DNA of 40,766 nucleotides from a virus (lineage: Duplodnaviria; Caudoviricetes): IMG/VR virus record IMGVR_UViG_3300044580_000088, positions 1 to 40,766 of that record; one strand, given 5' to 3'. Numbering within the stretch: the first letter of the stretch is position 1; every line of letters begins with the position of its first letter. Below, piece by piece: positions 1-9,600 of the stretch. Made by a program: the position numbers and the translations under genes. Below the pieces are notes generated by a model that searched no databases, was not told the origin of the DNA, and was given only the letters and a program-made list of their open reading frames with translations.

Positions 1-1
1 T

Positions 2-604
2 CGTTCCCAGGCTATTGAGGGCCGATTCGATTGACGGGATCGTATTGGCCACCAGATCGTCGCGCAGGGCGTCGGCGCTTGCCGGCGAGTCTCCAGGGTC
101 CGTGATGTCATGGGTCGTGGATGCGTCTGCCTCGTGGGCTTGTTGTTTGAGCTTGAGGCCGTCCGAATCTACAGCGATCCCGTAGTTTGGCTTCAGCTTC
201 ACGCTGAGGCCATTGCTGTCCAGAAGGATCCCGTGGTCTGCGTACACCTTCGCCTTGAGCCCACCTGTTCCAAGGACGAGGCCCGGGTCGGTGTCCAGAA
301 GAATCGACGTCCCATTGATGTCAACCTGGAGTCCTGAGTTAGTAGCCAGCTTGATCGAGATCCCTGTAGTGGATCCGACTTGCAGCCCACCGGTTTGGCT
401 GAGCTTGATGTTGAGATATCCGGACGCCTTCTCGAGTCCATACAAAATGTTCAGCGTCAGGACATCGTCGGACCCGAAGCTGAAGACGTCACCAATCTTG
501 GCGCTCCCGATCCCATCCTCGAACATCTCGGTAAGGATGATCTTGACCTTCGCGACGATGTCCTCTACGGTTTCCCCTGAAATCGGTACAGGCAGTTGCG
601 GCAT
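2..604 (-). CDS. Fibre protein with triple beta-spiral-like repeats (3' end runs off window)
   Basis: Not in the ORF track. ATG overlaps the TAA of the giant gene (TAATG) and the frame is open to the edge: MPQLPVPISGETVEDIVAKV...LNIKLSQTGGLQVGSTTGISIKLATNSGLQVDING...SALNSLGT. Confidence 0.8.
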   Translation of the reverse strand, partial: MPQLPVPISGETVEDIVAKVKIILTEMFEDGIGSAKIGDVFSFGSDDVLTLNILYGLEKASGYLNIKLSQTGGLQVGSTTGISIKLATNSGLQVDINGTSILLDTDPGLVLGTGGLKAKVYADHGILLDSNGLSVKLKPNYGIAVDSDGLKLKQQAHEADASTTHDITDPGDSPASADALRDDLVANTIPSIESALNSLGT

Positions 605-3600
605 TATTCGTACAGTCCTTTCAGTTCATTGGCTAGGCCCCTCATTGGCTTGGAAGGCCTCCTCGGGCGGCCCCGCTCGCGCAGGGCTCCGGCAAGGTTT
701 ACCTGGAGTTGCGGACGGCCTTCTGTTACGACCCGGGCGTTCCAGGCCTCGACCTCATTGCGAACAGCGTCCATTTCCTTCTGGTTGCCGTCCCGCTGGG
801 CGTTGGCATATCGGCTTGCCCACTTCGCCCTCTTGGCTGCCACGAATTTCGTAAGGTCTTCGATCTTCTCGTTGATGTCCCAGGCCTTTGAGCTGCTCAG
901 GGGCTGGAATCCTGCGGCCTTTCCAATGGCTTCCGGCAGGGATATTCTCCTGGCCTCCGATTCGCCGGGCAACGTCAGCGGCTGGCCGCTGATGGTATAG
1001 GCGCCCTCCCCGTAAAGCCGTGCCGCCGCAACCGCATTCGCGATGAAGCGCGGTGCCATGGCCTCCACGGCTCGGGACGCATCCCCGTACTGGTACGCCT
1101 CAATGGCCTTGGCCGGATCGTCGATGAGTATCGAATATGGCACGCCGACCAGGGATGCAACGGGGTTATCCGGGTTGTGAAACTCGATGGAGAGCGACCC
1201 GCTGATATCCACTCCCAATGCGGCCGGTGCCCCATACACCACGAGATCGCGCCAGAGGTTCCGGTTGGCTCCCGTCGATTCCGGCACCATCTCGCGTGCA
1301 GCACTTTCCGGATCCCGGCCGAGCATCCGCCTGGAGATCCGGCTTATTGTGCCAAAGAACGGCAGGCTCGAGATCCCCCCGAGGATCAGCAGGGCCAGCA
1401 GGGATCGCATGATGGCGCGGTATCCTCGTCTCTGCTTGGCCATCCATCCCAGCAACTGCAGGTATTGGTGCGAAAAACTCTGCAGAGCATAGGCAGATCG
1501 TCCAAACTTCGCGCCCACGCTCGGCCCTCTGGCCCAGGTCGGCAGGTTTGCCTTGCCCATGACGAAGTGCGTATCGTTGACGATCTCCTCGGCGTAGGCC
1601 TTGGCCTTTTCGTAGGGCCAGGGCTTCCCCTTTTCCATCCCGTACCGCTTCAGCGTGTCCGGGTTCACGATCTTGCCGTCCTTGGCGATGCGGTACGCCG
1701 CGAGGCCAGTGGAGATACGGTTGAACCGCTCCGGCAGGGCCATGGTCAGCCCCAGGACATCAACGGCCCGGTTTAGCGTGTTGCCGATCCGGGTACCGAT
1801 TCGCCCCTTGATCTCCTGGTTGAACTGGTCCGATGCCACGCCCTCGAGCACGAGCTCAGTAACGACCCTGAGTTCGTCTGCGGAGAGCCGCTTGCCCTTG
1901 GTGATGGCCCCGACAATAGCTTTCCGCGCTGCCGAGAGGTACATCGCGCCGGCCCAACGGGCATCGATTGACATGCGCGGGACGGCGGCAACCACGTTCT
2001 GCGTCAGGTTCACGACGCCGCTCTTGATGACGCCGGCAAGATACTTGACGTAGATCGCGGTGCGAAGCGTGTCGGCCGCCGCGTCCAGGCGATCCGCATT
2101 CGACAGGGCGTCCCGGACATAGTCCGAGGCGTACTTCCAGCGCCGCGGCTCCTTCTTGGCCCGCAGGTCGCGGAGAACCTCGGAGTGCTTCCTGGATGCC
2201 TCCATCTTGGTCAACCAGCCGTTGAGCCCCGCGAAGTATTCGTGCAGGATCCGCTTGATGTCGCGCTTCTCGTGTCCGGGAATGTCGCGGCGCCGGATCA
2301 TGTGGGCCCCCCATCCCCTGGACTTGATGACATCCGCAATGGCTTCTGGCATGGCCTTCTCAAAGAGCTGTCGAGCGGCCGGATCCCCGACCCTCTCGGC
2401 CGCGGCGTAGATGACCTGCTCCATGGCCTCGATGGGAATGGGGTAATCGTAGATTTCGTCAGGAAGTTTCGTGACAGGGGCAATCTTCCATTCTACGGCC
2501 TCGGGGTACTGAGGCTTGATCTTCGCCAGGAGCCTTTCTCCCCTGGTGCTTACCTTGGGCGTGTCGTAATAGTGGCTGCGGTAGACAATCTTTCCCTCCG
2601 CATCATAGCCACGGATGGACCAGTTTCCGTAGCGGACATGGGGAAAGTAGTTTGGAATCTGCCCGATGGACTTCCGGAGACGCTCGATCACGGAGTCCTC
2701 GATGTCCTTCATGCGACTCTGGGCGTTGAATGCCTTGGCCAGAGAGCGGTCAAGGCCTTTCCGCAGGGCGACATATACGTCCGCGATGTCCTTGTATTTG
2801 GTCTTTTCCAGGGCCGCCTTCATCTGGTCGAAATGCTCCTGGTTGAGCGCCCTGATTCCCGGACGCCCCTCGGCATTTTTCCCCCAGACGAAGCGGGACG
2901 CCGTCACGCCCTGCAGTTGCTTGCCGTCGAGCTTCCAGATCAGCTCGATCAGGAGGTCGAGCTTCTTGCCGCGGAGATCGAACACGGGCTTGACGGCCTC
3001 GAGATCCTCGTGAATGGCCTTTGTTCTCGACTTGTTGCGCTCCAGCTCAATACTGACCAGACGGGCCAGATCCTCCTCGCCCGGTTTCTTCGACAAAAAC
3101 CACGGGTTGTGCCACAGCTCCTCGATGACAGATATGTCCTTTTGGGGAGCGACGGTAATGCCGCGCTTGATCCGGTTCCAGGCCCTGAGCAGCGAAGTTC
3201 CGGACAGCGGGGCCCCCTCTGCGGCCGGCTTGCGGGTGGCATACTTGGCCGGAGGATCCAGCTCCAGCAGCCCGTCCGATGCGGCGCGTAACACCTCGTC
3301 AACAATCGTAACGTGCTCCTTGGGCTTGATGGCGCTGCTCACCAGGAGCGACGTTGCCAGCTCAACCTGCTCAACGGGGCTTTTCTTCAGGAAGCTTGCC
3401 GAAACGTCTACGAGGCCTGATCCGCTCGGACGCGCCACGCCCTGGAGAATCTGAATCGTCTGGGGGTAATAGTCTCCCAGGTCCGGCTTGCCGAAGCCCT
3501 TTTGCTTGGCGTTTTGCGCCATCGAAATCCCCTTGCGCCCCCTCGTTCCAGAGTTGCCGAGCCTGAGGAAGCACTGAGGGCATCCCATCTCGCAGAACGG

Positions 3601-6600
3601 CTCGTCGGTGACGCCAACAATGGGGGCGCCGGCGGCGTCCGGGTAGGTGAGATGCTGGCAGTTTCGGCAGCTCGGGCATCCCTCATGGAACAGGTCGCAG
3701 TACTCGATGGGCCCGGGCTCGATGAGATCCAGCACGGCCGCATCCAGTTGCCGGCTCGTCGGCCACCACCAGGTGCCCCCGCGCTCCTCGATGAACGCCT
3801 TCTCGTCTTTAAGGGACGAGAGGTAGGCCTCGGCCTCTTCTCTCGTTTTAAATCCCTGCAGCCCTTTTTTGCGGCTGTTGACGATGGTCAGCACATTGTA
3901 TGAGCTCGGCCCGTACAGGTTCTTTGCCGTATCCCATCCGTTGGCCCGGAACAGCGCGGCCATGGCATCCGGCTTGCGCGGAACCCATGGCGTCCAGTCC
4001 ATCCAGGTGCGCGGGTCTTCGCCGCGGGGACGCGGGTTTTCAATCCACCAGTCACCGAATTCCGGATGCTTGGGGTCAGTAGGAACGAAGTTCGTGAAGC
4101 GGGCCAGGGACCATGGATGCTTTGCCCGGTACGTCGTGATCAGGACGTGCGCCCCGATCTCGCGGGCATAGTTGATCGCCTTTGCAACGGCCCTCGTTAC
4201 CTCCGGGGATCCGTTCAGCACGGGCTTGACCCGCACGGCCCTGATGACCGAGTCCCAGCTCGGGTCGGGGCGCTTGAAGTTTGTCAGATGGGGATTTCCC
4301 GTTACCATCAACGGGTAGGAGAGATTGGCCGGGCGAGGTCGAGAGAGGTCGGGTTGAGTTATCGGCAGATTCAGAAATACTTGCGGTTCTAGCCCGCGAG
4401 CGGTTTCAGGAATGGCCGTCCTCTCGACCCCTCCCTCGATAAGTCGCCCGGTTTCTGCGGATGCCTTGCCCTCTCTTATAGCAGGATAAAGGATTTTGTC
4501 AAGCCTTTCTCTGCGGATCCCGGTGACCGCCGGCGTATTGAGCACGCCCTCGCGGATGACGACCTGGGACGGTTCGATCTTCGGCAGAAGGGCAAAGTTG
4601 CCGATCTTGCGGATCTCATTGTATTGCTGGAACTTTTCAACGGCTTTGCGGATGCCTGCCTCTGACACGCCAGCGCGCCTGGCTTGGCGCACGAACTCCT
4701 GGGCCATGGCCTTGGTGATGGGCCTTGAAGCCATAATGGCGTCAGTGATGGCAGGGACGCTGACCTCTTTTTCGCCGCTGAAGTTTCTGATCGCGTAGTC
4801 TGCCGCATCGCGGAAGATCGTCTTGCCGGCCTCGGTGGCGTCCCGTCGTGCGGTCCGTTCCCAGATCTTTCCAGAGCTGACCTTGTCGTAGACGGTCCGG
4901 AAGCTGGGGAAGAAGAATTCCTTCAGGCGCTGGAAGAAATTGCGGATGCGCTGGTAGAGGTTCTGCAGCCACGTCTGGCGTTCCCGCCTCTCTCGCTTCC
5001 CGGCCTGCTCGTGCGCCCAGTTGCCGTAGTCCTCTGCCGCGGCCTCCTCGGATCCGAATTCTTCCTCGAGGCGCTTTCGCTCCCCGTCTGTCATTACGAG
5101 GTCCCAAGCCGCATGGAATGCTTCGTGGTGCGTATCGGCGGGGGAGGAGAGATCGGTGTAGGTCAGGATCCCGTGGGGGCCCACTTGGCGCCAGGATGCG
5201 GCGGCCACCACGCCAGGCCGCAAATCTTTGCCGGTTGCGGCCTTGTAGTCCACGGGGTTGATGATGATCTTGCTTTTCCAGTCCACCAGGACCTTGGTCC
5301 CGTTGGGCATGGTGAGCATGAAGGCCCAGCGCGGGCCCCTCTCCGTTTGGAGGAGCTCGGCAGGGCCTATCTCTGCGGAAGGGAATGCGGCCCGGATAGC
5401 CTTGTGCGCGGCTTCCTGGCTTTCGGCGATGCTGTCCGGCAGCGGATTGCGCTCGATGATCCCGATGATCTCGTTCAGGATCCTGTCGAGCGGGTCGATG
5501 ATTCCGGGCAGTTCGGTCTGGACGTAGCTTACAGGAGTTGCTTGTCCGGCGGACTCTTCATGTATTGTCGCATCTCCGCCAGCGCCTCTCTCTGGTGCTG
5601 ACGGAGCTTTTCCTGCTCGAGCTCGCTCAATAAGCACGTCTCTGTTTGCGTTGATCGTCCTGGCTTCGGACTCGGTGAGGCCTTCGGGCGGGACTTTTTC
5701 CCCGTAGATAGTTTCAAGGACGGCTGGGAGATCATGTTTGAAATTCTCCTTCAGTTTGCCGAGGGTGTCAAGGGATATTTTCAGGTTCGAGCCGAATGTG
5801 CCCTGGGCCATGGCGTGGATCCCGATGACGGTGGCGCCGTTGTTCTCCAGGTATCCTTTCAGGCCGGCCAGGGTGGATCCCGTGGTCGTGACATCATCCA
5901 CAATGACGGCCAGCTCGCCGGTGACCTTCCCGCCGAATTCGGGCTGGCGCATCAGCCGCTCCATCGCCGTGGCGCCGGTATGATGCACGATGTTTTTTTG
6001 GATGACATCCGTATTCACCGGCCAGCCCGTCAATTCGGAGATATAGGCGGCCATGGCCAGGGGGATCTGGTTGATGCCGCCGGCCTCGATCGCGTTAACG
6101 GGGTAGACCACGACGCTACGGCCCGCATAGGCCATGGCCAGGGCCCGGACCTTTTCGGCGTTCATCAGGTCCATGGCAAGGTTCGCTGCCGCCTTGCGAT
6201 CCCCGCTCTTGGCCGCCTCGTAGTCCTTGTGGCCGCGCATCTTGTTGTAGCCGGTGTGGATTACGGCCTTGGCGGTCCGGTCTGTCCAGGGCGTGCGGGT
6301 TGCGTACTTTTCCGCTTTTGCGGTGGCTCCAGGGACCTCAAAATCCCCCCGCAACGGCATCACTATGGCCTTCAGCTCGCCATCGACGCGGAATTGCACG
6401 GGCTTGCTGAATTGGTTTTTGCTGTCTTCGACTTGGCTGACCCGTGCGTCCGGGAAATGGCTCCGGATTAACTTGAGGTAATCTGCATTGATCGCGACTG
6501 TCTTGCCAGCAGCATCGGCGAAGACGGCCTGCTGCGAAGCCGGCGACTCCACTCTCGCCATGACGTAATGCAGCTCCCGTCCTGGCTCCTTGGGCAAAAC

Positions 6601-9600
6601 AGCCGCATAATTCGGCGGGTCGTATTCTTTCCGCTCCTTCGCGACATGCTCTCCCGCCATTTTGGCTATTTCGTCATCTGTCTTGTCCGGCTCGCATTTG
6701 CGGAAGAATTTTGCGGCTTTCTGCTCCTGCCTGCGCCAATAGCCATCGCGCAGTTTCTTCGCGATCTTCTCGTCGATGATGAGCCAATGGCCATTTGACG
6801 CATACGGTCCGCTCTTGTCGCTGCTCAGTCTCAGACTTTCGTCCCAATCTCTATCAACCGTGTACTTCTTGGCGAGATCGGTGACCTCCTTTTCGGAGAT
6901 CTCCGTGGAGATGATCGGTCCGTCCTCAGCCAGGCTTCTTTTTTCGGCCGGAGTCAAGGCCGAAAAGTTTTTGCCGTGCTTTTTCTGGGCGAGATCGTCA
7001 AGATCGGAACGGCTGAAGTTCCGCGCCGGCTTCTGCTCGGCCTGCTTTTTAGCCTTGGCGGCCGGCGCTGGCGCCTTGGCGACATCAATCGCCGTGTCCA
7101 GGCTGACGCCCTTGCGGAGCTGCTCGAGGGCGACTTTGCGCCGTTCACCGCTCGGCACGCCCCTTCTGTCCAGGTATGCAGAAACAGCCACGAAATGGTC
7201 CTTGACCGTGACGTAGTCGGAGCCAAGGTTCATCCGGTCGGATGCGATCCCGGCGCCGATATGATCGGCAACCTCTTGGGGCAGCCCAGGGAATTCCTTC
7301 TTGACAGACCCGGAATACGTCCGGGCCCACTCCTCGAGTTCGACCTTGGTGCGCTCGAAATCAGCCATCTCGGGCTTTTTTGTTTCCGCTGGACCGGCCC
7401 ATTGATTGTTTGATTTCAGTGCTTTTGTCGTGCCAATGGCTTTCTCGATAGCCTTGTCTCGAGAGTATTCAAAATCTATGAGCGTCGATTTTTCTCCCTT
7501 GCTGTCAATGACCGGATACTTGATCGTGTAGGATGCTTCTGCCCCTTTCCCTCTCTCAATAATGGTAACGCCGGCCGGGATCTGCGGATCTTCGATAACC
7601 TTTCCGCCCGCGGCATCCTGCCGACGGATTTCCTCTTTGCTCTCTGGTCCCGCTTTCTTTTCCGGCATCGGAGAGGCGGGGACTTTTTTGGTCCGGATCC
7701 CTCTCTCCCCAGAAGGCCCCTTGCTACCTTCGATCTTCTCCTGCATGGCCCTGGCGTCGCCGCCGGCGTCAGCTATTTCATTGTAGGTCGCCCTGTAAAC
7801 ATCCTGCAGAGCATCGAGCTCATCGGCCAGGCGGTTCCTCTTTGCTCCCTTTGCTGCCTCAACGGCCTTGATCAGTCCCTGGATGGCTTCCCACCGGCCC
7901 GCCTGCTCTGCCTCTGCAGTCGCCATCAGGTCCTTCAGATTGTCGCCTTCGTATCTGGACCCACGCCTGGCATTCTGCCCTCTTCCCTCCAGGAAGCGCT
8001 CAATCTTTCCGAGCTTGGCTTCCAGGCGGCTGATCTCCGGTTGACGCTTGGCCATCTCAGATTCAAGGACATGCCTCTCCTGGGCCCTGGTAAGGTTCGC
8101 CTTGCCGTGTACGGCCCTTTTTCCCCTATTGCTGCTGGCGACGGCATGGGCCCTCGTCTTGAGATCCTCGATCTTCTTCCGGATCTCGTCAGCCTGCTGC
8201 CGCAACCGCTCCGCGTGCTCCTCTTTCCCCTTCTCCCGAGCGGCCTTCTTCTGCTCATCGGTCAGTCCGCGGGGGGCCGGAGGCGCAGGCGTTGTTTCCC
8301 GTGAAACCTCCGGCGCTTTTCTGGCCAGGATGTTCTGAACGACCTTGAGCGTCTCTTTCTGCGGTGTCGGGATGGAGACTTCCGGCAGGGAGCCAAGGGC
8401 TTCTCGCTGGCCCTCAGCGAATTGTTCTTCGGAGATCCTGTCTTGGATCCCTTTCCTTGCGGCCCCGCCGCCAGCGATCCACTTTGCGAGAGCCTCGGCC
8501 TCCTTTTTCTTCCCGGCGGCCATGAGTCTGCTGATCTGGAGCCGCTCGGCTGCGTTGGGCTGTACCCTGCCGACAGATGCGGCCAACCCCTCCTCGTAAG
8601 CCGCCCCCTGGGCGGAAAGTTTTCGCCCAGCCTCAGCCTCTGGCCCCTCGATGAGCCTGCGGCCGGCCGGGCCTTCCACCATTCGGCGCCGGCGCATCAG
8701 TTCGTCGAGTTTGGCCTGGTGCTCCGGGGAGAGTCGCGCCCGCTGCTTGAGGATGAAGTCTTTGGAGTAGGGCTCGCCCTTGAGCGTGAAGGGGGCGTCA
8801 GCCATGGTGAACCCGCGGTCTACGCGGGAGCGCTCCTCAAGGGACTGCCGCATGGATTCAAGCGGCTGATGCGTCCATCTGCGTTCCCGTTCCGGGGCCA
8901 GGGGGGCCTCGGGAAACACCTCGTCGCGCAAGGGGTGAATGACCTGCGGCTCCGGTTCGGCGAGACGCTTGCCCCGCACTTCAGACACTCTGGCCCTGGC
9001 AGGCCCCATGTGCTCGGCCGTCACCCTCGCATAAGGATCGATGTCCAAGGCCCGCTTGAGCTGGCCCCACCACGGCTTGTCGGCCACCTTGACGAGCTTC
9101 GTTGCCGGCAACTCGATGGTGAGCCCGTTGAGCACGGCGTTCCGCGCCTGCCCCTCGGGGATGCCGATGTCCTGCATCATGTTGTAGAACTCGGCATCAT
9201 GGGCTTTGGATCCGCGGGTGAAGTAGTCGCGCAGCCGCTGGGCGGGGATCTCAATGGTAGCCCCAGGAGCGACACTCTCCATCCTCTCCCGGAGGTACTT
9301 TTCTTTAAATGGCTCGCTCATCTTGTCCCAGCGGGCGCCCAGCTTGCGTCCGGCAAAGCCCAGGGCCGCGCCCTTGGCGACGAAGTCAATGGCTTCCGTG
9401 AGCGCCACGACGTTCTTGCCGGCTCCTTCCGGCAGCAGCTCTGACAGTCCGCGCTGGTTCAAGAATTCGTAGGGCTGGCCCGTGGCGGCGGAGATGGCTG
9501 CAGATTCGGCCTCGCCAAGTCCGGTGAAGCCGGCTATGGCCTTGAGCGTGGGCCATATGTGTGACTTGAGCGCACCAGCCGGACCCGTTGGGATCGGCAG

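Noticed and set aside
5506-5520. QTELP as an internal clamp-binding motif for the mini-clamp
   Set aside because: Weak match to QL[SD]LF; likely by chance in 3275 aa
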